Part shown: piece by piece, positions 25,169 to 39,320 of the stretch
How the letters are laid out: each line of letters opens with the position of its first letter
Numbering within the stretch: the first letter of the stretch is position 1
Source of the DNA: Malacoraja senta
Taxonomy: Eukaryota
Assembly: GCA_038087875.1 (NCBI GenBank)
Contig: CM075988.1
Location: forward strand, 4,402,001-4,466,000
DNA: 64,000 bases
Direction of reading: 5' to 3'
The notes under the pieces: generated by a model
Told to the model about the DNA's origin: nothing
The model's input: only the letters and a program-made list of their open reading frames with translations
The model's database searches: none
Translations under genes and position numbers: made by a program

Positions 25169-25196
25169 GACGTTTCGGGTCGAGACCCTTCTTCAG
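25169..25196 (-). ncRNA. Minimal type I hammerhead ribozyme core in a Penelope pLTR-derived short element
   Basis: Minus strand CTGAAGA-A-GGGT(CTCG)ACCC-GAAA-CG-TC. Confidence 0.65.
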
Positions 25197-26984
25197 AGGT
25201 TTCAGTCAAGATCAGCACCAGCAGTGAATTTCCATGAACATATAATGAACATACATGTAAGTATAGAAACATAGAAAATAGGTGCAGGAGGAGGCCATTT
25301 GGCCCTTCGAGCCAATACGATCATGGCTGATCATCTAGAATCAGTACCCCATTCCTGCGTTTTCCCCACATCCCTTGATTCAAGAGTCAAGTCAAGAATC
25401 AAGAGCGTTTGCCCCAAGAGTTATACCTAACTCTCTCTTGAAATCATCCAGTGAATTGGCCTCCACTGCCTGCTGTGGAAAAGAATTCCCACAGATTCGC
25501 AACTCTCTGGGTGAAAACATTTTTCCTCATCTCAGTCGAAACAGCCTACCCCTTATTTTTAAACTGTGACCTCTGGTTCTGGACTCTCCCAACATCGGGG
25601 ACATTTTTCCTGCATCTAATCTGTCCAATCCCTTAAGAATTTTATATGTTTCTATAAGATCCTCTCTCATCCTTCTAAATTCCAGTGGAGTTGGCTGAGG
25701 TCTGTGATAATATGATCCGCCACCATCTCCAAACCAACGCTACTTGAGATTAACACGTAAGAGTCATAGTGATAGAATGTGGAAACAGGCCTTTAGGCCC
25801 ACACCAGCCAACATGTCCCAGCTACACTAGTCTCACCTGCCTGCTCTTGTTCCATATCCTTCCAAACCTGTCCTATCCATGTACCTGTCTAACTGTTTCT
25901 TAAACGCTGGGATAGTCCCAGCCTCAACTACCTCCTCTGGCAGCTTGTTCCATACACCCACCATTCTTTGTGTGAAAAAGTTACCCCTCAGATTCTTATT
26001 AAATCTTTTTCCCTTTACCTTGAACCTATGTCCCCTGGTCCATGATTCCCCTACTCTGGGCAAGAGACTGTGGATCTACCCGATCTATTCCTCTCATGAT
26101 TTTATACACTTGGTGCATGCAATGCGCCCTCATTACACAACAATGCAGTCGCCAAGATTCAGCATTCCTGTTTTATCCAAATTTATGAAACCCAACGCAC
26201 TAACATTTGCAGATAAACACAAAATGCTGGAGTAACTCAGCGGGACAGGCAGCATCTCTGGAGAGAAGGAATGGTTGAGGTTTCAGGTTGAGACTCATCT
26301 TCAGTCTGAGAGTCAGGGGAGAGGGAAATGAGAGATATGGAAGGGTAAGGTGTGAAAAAGGAAAATGCAGAACAGATCATTGTTAGATAGGAGGAGCTGA
26401 CAACAAGGCATACAATGTATGATACACCAACACTTGTACTTCCCTAATATAAACTGACATTCCTGGAGGTACTCAGCAGGTCAGGCACGATGTAGAAGGA
26501 AACAGAATCAATAATAATCAATCACTTTTCAACGGAATTGCAAATGTGGAAAAGAAACATGTGTTAAGTTACAGAAATGGAGAGGGGCGGAGAGAATGAA
26601 CTGCGTCACTTGTACGACCTTGATCTTTACCGTAACACCAGCCAGCAGGGGACTGAAATGTGACGGAGATCGAGATAGTTAAAATGACACAATTCCTTTC
26701 AGCGCATCCTAGAGAAACGAATGAGCTATAGTGTCACCACACTGCACAGCACAGAAACAGGCCCAACATGCTGCAGTAACTCAACGGGGCAGGCAGCATC
26801 GCTGGAGAACATGGATAGCTGACGTCTTGGGTCAGGACTCTTCTTCAGACTGATTGCAATGGGGGGTGGGGGAGAAAGCTGGAAGAGAACAGGGGCAGGA
26901 CAAAACCTGGCAGGTAATAGGTGAACACAGGTGAGGGAGCTTTTTGATAGGCGGAGAGTTGGACAAAGTTACTGGAGAGTATTC

Positions 26985-27620
26985 TGAGGGATAGGCTATA
27001 TAGGCATCTGGATGGGCAAGGGCTGATGAGGGATAGTCAGCATGGTTTTGTACGTGGGATGTCGTGTCTCACAAATCTGATTGATTATTTTGAAGACGTG
27101 ACCAAAAAGGGCGATGAGGGCAGAGCTGTAGATGTTGTATACATGGATTTCAGTGAGGCCTTCAACAAGGTTCCGCATGGTAGGCTGCTCTGGAAGGTTA
27201 GATTGCATGGGAACCAAGGAGAGATAGCTGAATGGATAGCAAATTGGCTCCATGGAAGGAAGCAGAGGAAGATGGTGGAAGGTTGCTTCGAAGCCTGGAG
27301 GCCTGTGACTCGTGGTGTGCCTCAGGGTTCGGTGCTGGGCCCGTTACTGTTTGTCATCTACATCAATGATTTGGATGAGAACATACAGGGTAAGATTTGC
27401 AAGTTTGCTGATGATACAAAAGTGAGTGGCTTTGCAGCTAGTGAGGATGGTTGTGAAAGATTGCAGCAGGACCTGGATCAGTTGGCCAGGTGGGCGGAGG
27501 AATGGTTGATGGAATTTAGATACAGAGAAGTGTGAAGTGTTGCATTTTGGGATGTCGAACAAGGGCAGGACCTACACAGCAAATGGTAGGCCTCAGGGTA
27601 GTGTTGTAGAGCAGAGTACA
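26985..27620 (+). mobile_element. CR1 LINE RT fragment
   Basis: SQHGFVRGMSCLTNL, DVVYMDFSEAFNKVPH, GVPQGSVLGPLLFVIYINDL, KFADDTK. Confidence 0.9.
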
Positions 27621-27780
27621 GTTTTTATTTTTTATTTTTAGAAGCTACTGTAATGCGCCCTTTTAAATTGCCCCTCGGGGACGAATAAAGTGCTTTGTAT
27701 TGTATTGTATTGTATAGTTCTTTGGTCGAGTCGCAGGTACATAAGGTGGTCAAAAAAGCTTTTGGCACATTGGCCTTCAT

Positions 27781-28325
27781 AGAAACATAGAAAATAGGTG
27801 CAGGAAGACGCCATTCGGCCCTTCAAGCCAGCACCGTTATTCATTGTGATCATGGCTGATCGTCCAAAATCAGTAACCCGTGCCTGTCATCTCCCCATAC
27901 CCCTTGATTCCGCTAGCCCCAAGAGTTTTATCTAACTATCTTTTAAATTCATCCAGTTAATTGGACTCCACTGCCTTCTGTGGCAGAGAATTCCACAATT
28001 TCACAACTCTCTGGGTGAAAAAGGTTTTTCTCATCTCAGTTTCAAATGGCCTCCCCTTTATTCTTAGACTGTGGCCCCTGGTTCGGGACTCCCCCAACAT
28101 TGGGAACATTTTTCTTGCATCTAGCTTGTCAAGTCCTTTTATAATTTTATATGTTTCTATAAGATCATCTCACATCCTTCTGAACTCCAGTGAATACAAG
28201 TCCAGTCTTTCCAATCTTTCCTCATATGACAGTCCCGCCATCCTGGGGATTAAACTCGTGAACCTACGCTGCACTGCCTCAATAGCAACAATGTCCTTCC
28301 TCAAATTAGGAGACCAAAACTGCAC
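27781..28325 (-). mobile_element. CR1 LINE 3' end inserted into a plus-strand CR1 (which resumes 28330-28835)
   Basis: Reverse-complement CR1 tail; flanks join as gccttcat/cagtcagagtattgag and continue MLQLYKTLVR..LEYCVQFWAP. Confidence 0.75.
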
Positions 28326-31300
28326 TTCGCATCAGTCAGAGTATTGAGTATAGAAGTTGGGAGGTCATGTTGCAGTTGTATAAGACGTTGGTGAGACTGT
28401 ATTTAGAATATTGTGTTCAGTTCTGGGCACCATGTTATAGGAAAGATATTGTCAAGCTTGAAAGGGTTCAGAAAAGATTTACAAGGATGTTGCCAGGACT
28501 AGAGGGTGTGAACTATGGGGAGAACTTGTGCAGGCTGAGTCTCTATTCCATGGAGCGCAGGAGGAGGATTTTATAGAGGTGTACAAAATCATGAGAGGAA
28601 TAGATCGGGTAGATGCACAGAGTCTCTTGCCCAGAGTAGGGGAATCGAGGACCAGAAGACATAGGTTCAAGGTGAAGGGGAAAAGATTTAATAGGAATCC
28701 GAGGGGTAACTTTTGCACACAAAGGTGGTGGGTGTATGGAACAAGCTGCTAGAGGAGGTAGTTGAGGCTGGGATGATTAATCCCATCGTTTAAGAATCAG
28801 CTAGATAGGATAGGACCAGTTTGGAGGGACATGGAGAATTGTGAAACTAGAGGAAGACCTTGAAGGCACTGGAGGCTTTACCCCAGTTCACCCTCCTACC
28901 ATTCACCCTCCCAGTTACATCGGCAACCCAGAGAAATCCCATGCGGTCACAGGGAGCAGGTACAAACTCCATACAGACAGCACCTGAAGTCAGGTTCAAA
29001 CCAGAGTCTCTGGCGCTGTAAAGCAACAACTCTACCGCTGTGCCACCCTTTTTGGGTATATGGAAGGAGCTGCCAGATAAAGTAGTTGAGTCAGGCACAA
29101 TATAACAACACTTATAGGACATTTGGACAGATAAGAAAAGTTTAGATGGATATGGGTCAGGCACAGGCAAATACGATTACCTTAAATGGGGATCTTGCAT
29201 GCATGTACAGTACAAGTTGGGCCAAAGGGCCTGTTTCCCTGCTGTATGACTCTATGACTGCAGGGCAGCACAGTGGCGTAGCGGTAAAGTTACTGCCTTA
29301 CAGCGCCAGAGACCCGGGTTCGATCCTGACTATGGGTGCTGTCTGAACGGTCCCTTCTGAATGTCAGAGGGAAGGATGAAGGCGGTAGAAACTTTGAGGG
29401 GGACCCATCAGATATGAAGGTTGGTGGGGTGGAGAGTGAGAGGATGAGTGGAACTCTATCCTTGTGGAACCTATTGAGGTGCTACACAGTGGAGGCCACT
29501 CCGTGATGCCGCAGCCACCGTGCCTGCCCTGAAAACCCAAAGGCTCAGCGGATGATGTCAAGATTCAAGAGAGTTTATTGTCATGTGTCCCTGATAGGAC
29601 AATGAAATTCTTGCTTTGCTTCAGCACAACAGAATATAGTAGGCATAAATAAATACAGAACAGGACTGATCAGTGACCATATACCAATGAATATATATAT
29701 ACACACATAAATAAACAGAATAAGTGCAGTGGGCTATAAATGATCAGAGTTTTGTTTGAGTTGAGTTTAATGGCCTGATGGCTGTGGGGAAGTAGCTATT
29801 CCTGAACCTGGATGTTGCAGATTTCAGGCTCCTGTACCTTCTACCTGAAGGCAGCGGGAGATTAGTGAGTGGCCAGGATGGTGTGGGTCCTTGATGAGGC
29901 TGGCAGCCTTTTTGAGGCAGCGACTGCGATAGATCCCCTCGATGGTAGGGAGGTCAGAGCTGATGAAGGACTGGGCAGTGGATCGCTATGTACTGTAACT
30001 GGGATAATGCCTCCAGCGCCTTCAAACTCGGGCTACAGGGGGTACCCCGGGACACAAAGATGAGGAGAGGAGAGGAGGGATGTTGGTTCGCGGGCCGATC
30101 CAGTAATCATAAGGTTATAAGTGATCGGAGTAGAAAAGGGCTGTTCGGCACATCAAGTCTACACCATTCAATCATCACTGATCTATTCTCCCCTCTTAAC
30201 CCCATTCTCCTGTCTTCTTCCCATAACCCCTGACATCTGTAGAAGGTGGAAGGTGACAGGGGAAGGTGACGGAGGAAGGCCCTGCAGGAGCCTGGGGCTC
30301 ACCTGGAACAAAAACCGTGCAGACCGGATTGTGGACTTTAGAAATTGCGCCAAAACATGGCAGTGCCTGCAAGTGCAATTATGCAAAATGAAATTCATTG
30401 TACAGTTGCACGTGACAAATAAAGCGCCATTGAACCATTGCTCTGGCTGAGAGATCAGAAGAGAAGATTGGACACAGACAAATATAGTTGAGAGAAGGCC
30501 ATGTTGAGGGATGGGTAGATACGTCCAAAGCCATGGTGCGGAGTCTTGTCTTGGCAATGGGATGCAGCAAAGCCAGAGAACGGAATGAAGTCTTCATGAG
30601 GAGCTGGGCAGGAGGAGCGACAGTGGAGAGTTATAGCTGTCTGTGGGCTCGTCGTGGATATCAGTCTCACACCTATCCACTGAGATGAAGATAGGGAAGT
30701 CACATTTGAGAAGGGAAAAGTCAAGTATTAATTGGAAGTGTGTGAGGGCAGGGTGGGAATGTGTGAACACGCTCAAGGAAAAAGCACAGATACAGACATC
30801 AACGGACGCAAGGCTCCCAGGAGCCTTCCTGTCAACACAATCATTCCTCTTGAAAACACATGAACTGCTTGGCCACTCAGCACGGCATGGTGGCGCAGTG
30901 GAACAGTTGCTGCCTTACAGCACAAGAGATCTTGTTCGATCCCGATTACAGGTGCTGTCTGTGCGGAGTTTGTACGTTCTCCCTGTGACCGTGTGGGATT
31001 TGCTCCATGTGCTCTGGTTTCCTCCCACACTCCAAAGACGTACAAGTTTGTGTGTTAATTGGCTTCTGTAAATTGTAAATTGTCCCTAGTGTGTGTTGGT
31101 TAGTGCTGGTGTACAAGGTGGTCGCTGGTCGGCATGGACTCAGTATCTCTAAAGTGTAAAGTCACACTTCCCCCAATTCATTCTTTCACTTAATATAGAA
31201 GCTGATTAGCACATAAAACCACATCTTTGGAATGTGGGAGGAAACCAGAGCACTTGAATGAAATCCACACGGTCACAGAGAGAACATGCAAACTCCACAC

Positions 31301-31418
31301 GGACAGCATGCAAGGCCAGGATTGAACCTGGGTCTCTGGCACTGTAAGGCAGCAGCTCTACTACCTGTGCCACTGTGCTGCCCGGCAATGGAGATATAAC
31401 ATAAACGTTAGTGTGTAA

Positions 31419-31937
31419 AGGGGCTGTCCCACTGCGGCAACCTAATTGGCGAGTTTAGAAGAGTTTGCCCTTGACTCATACTCGCAGCATGGTCGACACG
31501 AGGTCCTTGTAATTCTCCTTCATGCTTGAGAGTAGTCCCCGCGTACTCGAGGCCTCAGCTAGGTTGCGGCGTATTTTTGAATGCCCGCGAGTAAAAAAAG
31601 GTTGCCATGGAAAAAAATCGATATTTTTTTTACGCGTAGGTTTAGTCGAAGTAGGTCGTAGTAGGCCGGCATGTTATTCGTAGGTAGTCGAGGGTAGTCG
31701 AAGGTAATCGAAGGTAGTCGAAGGTAGTTGCAGGTAGTCTTGAACATAGTCGAAGGGAGGTTGAAGGAGGTCATCTTCACTCTCTACTATTCGGTGTCCA
31801 ATTTCCCCGAAACTAGTCATAGCTAATCGAAGCTAGTCTTCAACATAGTCGAAGGAGGTCTTAAACATGACACTTTTACAAACTCTCCTAAACTCTTCTA
31901 AACTCGCCAATTAGGTCGCCGCAGTGGGACAGCACCT
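31419..31937. mobile_element. PIF/Harbinger-type MITE (copy 1)
   Basis: TIR of about 48 bp aggggctgtcccactgcggcaacctaattggcgagtttagaagagttt; TAA on both flanks; internal gaaggtagtc decamers. Confidence 0.85.
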
Positions 31938-32232
31938 TAAGCCTAAAAGTACGAACAGTACAACGATGCAACAGGGAGTGTAGGCCGATACCTCGCTGCT
32001 CCAGTGAGCAGTGTATGATCTCCATCCCTGGTACCATCTGTGTGTCAAGTAGAGCTTGGGTATACACAGTAAATGATAGGGCACTAAGGAAGTCCATGAA
32101 CAGAGAGTCTTAGGGTTCAGGTCCATAGTTCACTGAAAGTGGGACACGTTTGCCTTCGTAGGTCAGAGAATAATATTAAGTGCAGGGACATTGTGCCTCA
32201 ACTTTACAAAATACTAGATAGGCCACACTTAG

Positions 32233-33178
32233 ATTTTACTTCGGAGTCACGTGAGTGACTACGTGAAGAAGACCCGTCAGGGCGCATGCGCGTCATTACG
32301 TCGGTCGCTTTGGCGCAGACAGGCTGGGAGGAACACAGTTCTCCAGCGGTAAGTTTTAAAAATCCTGCAGGTAAGTTTAAACTTACTTTTCAGGTTGTCC
32401 ATTGCAGGAATCATTTTCCCAGGTTCCTGCTGGACATGGAAATTTCAGTAAAAACCCAGTGGACCGCGGAGAAATTGTGGACCGCGGGGATGCCGGCTTC
32501 GGACCGCGGGAGTGCGGTAGCAGGCTGCCGGTGGGTTTTGCTGGTGGAGTCGCGGACAAAACGGTCCGCGACTCCCGAGGTTTAATTCAGGCCGCGGGTT
32601 TATTTATAGACCGCGGGTTGAAGCAAGCTGCGGTCACAATAGAGGTGGCTGTTAGGCTTGCTGTTTCGAGTCGCTGACAGGCAGGTCAGCGACTCCAGAG
32701 ATATGGGCTGCGGGGTTCTCTAGACCGCGGGGATACCGGCTACGGTCCGCGCTAAAGTGAGGAGCCGGTGGCCGTTGGACTTCTTGAGAGAGTCGCTGAC
32801 AGTAAGGTCAGCGACTCCCGAGGTGGGGTGCAGACTGAGCATGGTCGTTGGGTTACTACCCGGCTCATTGAGGAAGGACCTGACTTTGGCAGCCCATATA
32901 TGTTTGAAATATGTGGAGCCTGGCCAGGAGGGTCCCCTCTGTTATATGTGTATGTCCTAAGTGGAGAGGAGTAAGGCTCAGGGCTGCTTATCACTTTTTT
33001 CAGTGGAGAGGAGTACAAAGGGTCAGTGTGTGGCTGACTCCAACCACAACTCAGGAAGAGAGGTTAGTGGTTTATCACCCTTATGTGTCGAGGTGAAAAA
33101 GTAACAATTTCTGCTAATTCTGAGGAGGTTTCAGGTTGCCCTCCAAATTAAAGACGAACGCAATTTTGAGAAGCGTTC
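32233..33178 (+). mobile_element. Orphan DIRS 5' end created by the tandem duplication
   Basis: Left ITR attttacttcggagtcacgtgagtgactacgtgaag; truncated at the duplication junction. Confidence 0.85.
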
Positions 33179-36100
33179 AAAAGGTTTTTCTCATCTCAGT
33201 TTCAAATGGCCTCCCCTTTATTCTTAGACTGTGGCCCCTGGTTCGGGACTCCCCCAACATTGGGAACATTTTTCTTGCATCTAGCTTGTCAAGTCCTTTT
33301 ATAATTTTATATGTTTCTATAAGATCATCTCACATCCTTCTGAACTCCAGTGAATACAAGTCCAGTCTTTCCAATCTTTCCTCATATGACAGTCCCGCCA
33401 TCCCGGGGATTAAACTCGTGAACCTACGCTGCACTGCCTCAATAGCAACAATGTCCTTCCTCAAATTAGGAGACCAAAACTGCACTTCGCATCAGTCAGA
33501 GTATTGAGTATAGAAGTTGGGAGGTCATGTTGCAGTTGTATAAGACGTTGGTGAGACTGTATTTAGAATATTGTGTTCAGTTCTGGGCACCATGTTATAG
33601 GAAAGATATTGTCAAGCTTGAAAGGGTTCAGAAAAGATTTACAAGGATGTTGCCAGGACTAGAGGGTGTGAACTATGGGGAGAACTTGTGCAGGCTGAGT
33701 CTCTATTCCATGGAGCGCAGGAGGAGGATTTTATAGAGGTGTACAAAATCATGAGAGGAATAGATCGGGTAGATGCACAGAGTCTCTTGCCCAGAGTAGG
33801 GGAATCGAGGACCAGAAGACATAGGTTCAAGGTGAAGGGGAAAAGATTTAATAGGAATCCGAGGGGTAACTTTTGCACACAAAGGTGGTGGGTGTATGGA
33901 ACAAGCTGCTAGAGGAGGTAGTTGAGGCTGGGATGATTAATCCCATCGTTTAAGAATCAGCTAGATAGGATAGGACCAGTTTGGAGGGACATGGAGAATT
34001 GTGAAACTAGAGGAAGACCTTGAAGGCACTGGAGGCTTTACCCCAGTTCACCCTCCTACCATTCACCCTCCCAGTTACATCGGCAACCCAGAGAAATCCC
34101 ATGCGGTCACAGGGAGCAGGTACAAACTCCATACAGACAGCACCTGAAGTCAGGTTCAAACCAGAGTCTCTGGCGCTGTAAAGCAACAACTCTACCGCTG
34201 TGCCACCCTTTTTGGGTATATGGAAGGAGCTGCCAGATAAAGTAGTTGAGTCAGGCACAATATAACAACACTTATAGGACATTTGGACAGATAAGAAAAG
34301 TTTAGATGGATATGGGTCAGGCACAGGCAAATACGATTACCTTAAATGGGGATCTTGCATGCATGTACAGTACAAGTTGGGCCAAAGGGCCTGTTTCCCT
34401 GCTGTATGACTCTATGACTGCAGGGCAGCACAGTGGCGTAGCGGTAAAGTTACTGCCTTACAGCGCCAGAGACCCGGGTTCGATCCTGACTATGGGTGCT
34501 GTCTGAACGGTCCCTTCTGAATGTCAGAGGGAAGGATGAAGGCGGTAGAAACTTTGAGGGGGACCCATCAGATATGAAGGTTGGTGGGGTGGAGAGTGAG
34601 AGGATGAGTGGAACTCTATCCTTGTGGAACCTATTGAGGTGCTACACAGTGGAGGCCACTCCGTGATGCCGCAGCCACCGTGCCTGCCCTGAAAACCCAA
34701 AGGCTCAGCGGATGATGTCAAGATTCAAGAGAGTTTATTGTCATGTGTCCCTGATAGGACAATGAAATTCTTGCTTTGCTTCAGCACAACAGAATATAGT
34801 AGGCATAAATAAATACAGAACAGGACTGATCAGTGACCATATACCAATGAATATATATATACACACATAAATAAACAGAATAAGTGCAGTGGGCTATAAA
34901 TGATCAGAGTTTTGTTTGAGTTGAGTTTAATGGCCTGATGGCTGTGGGGAAGTAGCTATTCCTGAACCTGGATGTTGCAGATTTCAGGCTCCTGTACCTT
35001 CTACCTGAAGGCAGCGGGAGATTAGTGAGTGGCCAGGATGGTGTGGGTCCTTGATGAGGCTGGCAGCCTTTTTGAGGCAGCGACTGCGATAGATCCCCTC
35101 GATGGTAGGGAGGTCAGAGCTGATGAAGGACTGGGCAGTGGATCGCTATGTACTGTAACTGGGATAATGCCTCCAGCGCCTTCAAACTCGGGCTACAGGG
35201 GGTACCCCGGGACACAAAGATGAGGAGAGGAGAGGAGGGATGTTGGTTCGCGGGCCGATCCAGTAATCATAAGGTTATAAGTGATCGGAGTAGAAAAGGG
35301 CTGTTCGGCACATCAAGTCTACACCATTCAATCATCACTGATCTATTCTCCCCTCTTAACCCCATTCTCCTGTCTTCTTCCCATAACCCCTGACATCTGT
35401 AGAAGGTGGAAGGTGACAGGGGAAGGTGACGGAGGAAGGCCCTGCAGGAGCCTGGGGCTCACCTGGAACAAAAACCGTGCAGACCGGATTGTGGACTTTA
35501 GAAATTGCGCCAAAACATGGCAGTGCCTGCAAGTGCAATTATGCAAAATGAAATTCATTGTACAGTTGCACGTGACAAATAAAGCGCCATTGAACCATTG
35601 CTCTGGCTGAGAGATCAGAAGAGAAGATTGGACACAGACAAATATAGTTGAGAGAAGGCCATGTTGAGGGATGGGTAGATACGTCCAAAGCCATGGTGCG
35701 GAGTCTTGTCTTGGCAATGGGATGCAGCAAAGCCAGAGAACGGAATGAAGTCTTCATGAGGAGCTGGGCAGGAGGAGCGACAGTGGAGAGTTATAGCTGT
35801 CTGTGGGCTCGTCGTGGATATCAGTCTCACACCTATCCACTGAGATGAAGATAGGGAAGTCACATTTGAGAAGGGAAAAGTCAAGTATTAATTGGAAGTG
35901 TGTGAGGGCAGGGTGGGAATGTGTGAACACGCTCAAGGAAAAAGCACAGATACAGACATCAACGGACGCAAGGCTCCCAGGAGCCTTCCTGTCAACACAA
36001 TCATTCCTCTTGAAAACACATGAACTGCTTGGCCACTCAGCACGGCATGGTGGCGCAGTGGAACAGTTGCTGCCTTACAGCACAAGAGATCTTGTTCGAT

Positions 36101-36578
36101 CCCGATTACAGGTGCTGTCTGTGCGGAGTTTGTACGTTCTCCCTGTGACCGTGTGGGATTTGCTCCATGTGCTCTGGTTTCCTCCCACACTCCAAAGACG
36201 TACAAGTTTGTGTGTTAATTGGCTTCTGTAAATTGTAAATTGTCCCTAGTGTGTGTTGGTTAGTGCTGGTGTACAAGGTGGTCGCTGGTCGGCATGGACT
36301 CAGTATCTCTAAAGTGTAAAGTCACACTTCCCCCAATTCATTCTTTCACTTAATATAGAAGCTGATTAGCACATAAAACCACATCTTTGGAATGTGGGAG
36401 GAAACCAGAGCACTTGAATGAAATCCACACGGTCACAGAGAGAACATGCAAACTCCACACGGACAGCATGCAAGGCCAGGATTGAACCTGGGTCTCTGGC
36501 ACTGTAAGGCAGCAGCTCTACTACCTGTGCCACTGTGCTGCCCGGCAATGGAGATATAACATAAACGTTAGTGTGTAA

Positions 36579-37097
36579 AGGGGCTGTCCCACTGCGGCAA
36601 CCTAATTGGCGAGTTTAGAAGAGTTTGCCCTTGACTCATACTCGCAGCATGGTCGACACGAGGTCCTTGTAATTCTCCTTCATGCTTGAGAGTAGTCCCC
36701 GCGTACTCGAGGCCTCAGCTAGGTTGCGGCGTATTTTTGAATGCCCGCGAGTAAAAAAAGGTTGCCATGGAAAAAAATCGATATTTTTTTTACGCGTAGG
36801 TTTAGTCGAAGTAGGTCGTAGTAGGCCGGCATGTTATTCGTAGGTAGTCGAGGGTAGTCGAAGGTAATCAAAGGTAGTCGAAGGTAGTTGCAGGTAGTCT
36901 TGAACATAGTCGAAGGGAGGTTGAAGGAGGTCATCTTCACTCTCTACTATTCGGTGTCCAATTTCCCCGAAACTAGTCATAGCTAATCGAAGCTAGTCTT
37001 CAACATAGTCGAAGGAGGTCTTAAACATGACACTTTTACAAACTCTCCTAAACTCTTCTAAACTCGCCAATTAGGTCGCCGCAGTGGGACAGCACCT
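36579..37097. mobile_element. PIF/Harbinger-type MITE (copy 2, from the duplication)
   Basis: Same as 31419-31937 shifted by 5160. Confidence 0.85.
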
Positions 37098-38940
37098 TAA
37101 GCCTAAAAGTACGAACAGTACAACGATGCAACAGGGAGTGTAGGCCGATACCTCGCTGCTCCAGTGAGCAGTGTATGATCTCCATCCCTGGTACCATCTG
37201 TGTGTCAAGTAGAGCTTGGGTATACACAGTAAATGATAGGGCACTAAGGAAGTCCATGAACAGAGAGTCTTAGGGTTCAGGTCCATAGTTCACTGAAAGT
37301 GGGACACGTTTGCCTTCGTAGGTCAGAGAATAATATTAAGTGCAGGGACATTGTGCCTCAACTTTACAAAATACTAGATAGGCCACACTTAGATTTTACT
37401 TCGGAGTCACGTGAGTGACTACGTGAAGAAGACCCGTCAGGGCGCATGCGCGTCATTACGTCGGTCGCTTTGGCGCAGACAGGCTGGGAGGAACACAGTT
37501 CTCCAGCGGTAAGTTTTAAAAATCCTGCAGGTAAGTTTAAACTTACTTTTCAGGTTGTCCATTGCAGGAATCATTTTCCCAGGTTCCTGCTGGACATGGA
37601 AATTTCAGTAAAAACCCAGTGGACCGCGGAGAAATTGTGGACCGCGGGGATGCCGGCTTCGGACCGCGGGAGTGCGGTAGCAGGCTGCCGGTGGGTTTTG
37701 CTGGTGGAGTCGCGGACAAAACGGTCCGCGACTCCCGAGGTTTAATTCAGGCCGCGGGTTTATTTATAGACCGCGGGTTGAAGCAAGCTGCGGTCACAAT
37801 AGAGGTGGCTGTTAGGCTTGCTGTTTCGAGTCGCTGACAGGCAGGTCAGCGACTCCAGAGATATGGGCTGCGGGGTTCTCTAGACCGCGGGGATACCGGC
37901 TACGGTCCGCGCTAAAGTGAGGAGCCGGTGGCCGTTGGACTTCTTGAGAGAGTCGCTGACAGTAAGGTCAGCGACTCCCGAGGTGGGGTGCAGACTGAGC
38001 ATGGTCGTTGGGTTACTACCCGGCTCATTGAGGAAGGACCTGACTTTGGCAGCCCATATATGTTTGAAATATGTGGAGCCTGGCCAGGAGGGTCCCCTCT
38101 GTTATATGTGTATGTCCTAAGTGGAGAGGAGTAAGGCTCAGGGCTGCTTATCACTTTTTTCAGTGGAGAGGAGTACAAAGGGTCAGTGTGTGGCTGACTC
38201 CAACCACAACTCAGGAAGAGAGGTTAGTGGTTTATCACCCTTATGTGTCGAGGTGAAAAAGTAGCAATTTCTGCTAATTCTGAGGAGGTTTCAGGTTGCC
38301 CTCCAAATTAAAGACAAACGCAATTTTGAGAAGCGTTCAAAAGGGTAGACATTATAGTTACCACTTGGTCACATTGTGACTATTATACTGAGATAGATGA
38401 ATATCATTTATTAAATTAAGGAGATGGGAAGCCTTGTAGAGCGGTATTATCAGTCACCTGTGGGAGTTACACCAGGTGGCGTCATAGTAATTGCTGCTCA
38501 TTAAAAGGGATTGTGCACGGTTTCTTCCCCAAGACGCCGGTTTACTCATAGTAAAAGTAAATAAAGCCCAGGTTTAACTGGGATGGGTGTCTTCATTCAC
38601 ATAAATGTCTTTGGCCATGACAAATAATTGTTAAGATTGTTCCAGCATTTCCCACTATGTCTGATGTACGGGGTCCAGAGGCGCTCCAATTCTTCCCTAT
38701 AGACGGAGTTGGCATCGGGAAGGAGCACGATTTGGAGTCGCTAGCACGTGCAGCCTGTTTGGGGAAGGAGGATACCAACAGAGTATCGAATTGCATGGCT
38801 AGTCCTGGCGGTTGCTGTAGGCAGCGACCTGATAACCCCAACTCAGAGTGAGTGCCAAGCCAGGGGAATCAATGTCAGACAACATTGCGTCTTGTTGCAA
38901 TTCAAGAACGCTCCATCGTAAGGCATGTCAGGCAGCAACA

Positions 38941-39320
38941 CCTAGTAAAGGGTTGCAAAGGTCCCCCCACTCAAGGGTCGGAGTGGTCGAGAGAGTGCAC
39001 ATGTGCCTGAAGCAACACCTGTTGGTAGGGTTGCCATTACTCCCACTTGGTGCACCACAGTGGTCGAGATAGTGCTAAAATACATGCACACATGCCTAAG
39101 GTGACGCCTAGTAAAGGGTTGCCAAAATTTCTCCCATTCAAATGGTGGAGTGGTCGAGAGAGTGCTACAGGAGTATGCACATGGGCCTGAAGCAACACCT
39201 GTTTGCAGGGCTGCCATTACTCCCACTCGGTTTCCCCGTAGTGGTCGAGATGGTGCTAAAATACATGCACACAGGCCTGGGGCAGCTCCTGTTGCAGGTT
39301 GCATAAGTCCTCCCACGTGG
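38941..39320. repeat. Degenerate tandem array (about 80-90-bp monomers, about 166-bp dimer period) inside DIRS copy 2
   Basis: cctagtaaagggttgc at 38941 and 39107; agtggtcgaga four times; cctgaagcaacacctgtt twice. Confidence 0.75.

Larger units (their letters stand above)
28019..38338 (+). repeat. Tandem segmental duplication, 2 x 5,160 bp (28019-33178 and 33179-38338)
   Basis: ORF track repeats with offset 5160; only 4 substitutions noticed; aaaagg microhomology at 28019, 33179 and 38339. Confidence 0.97.
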
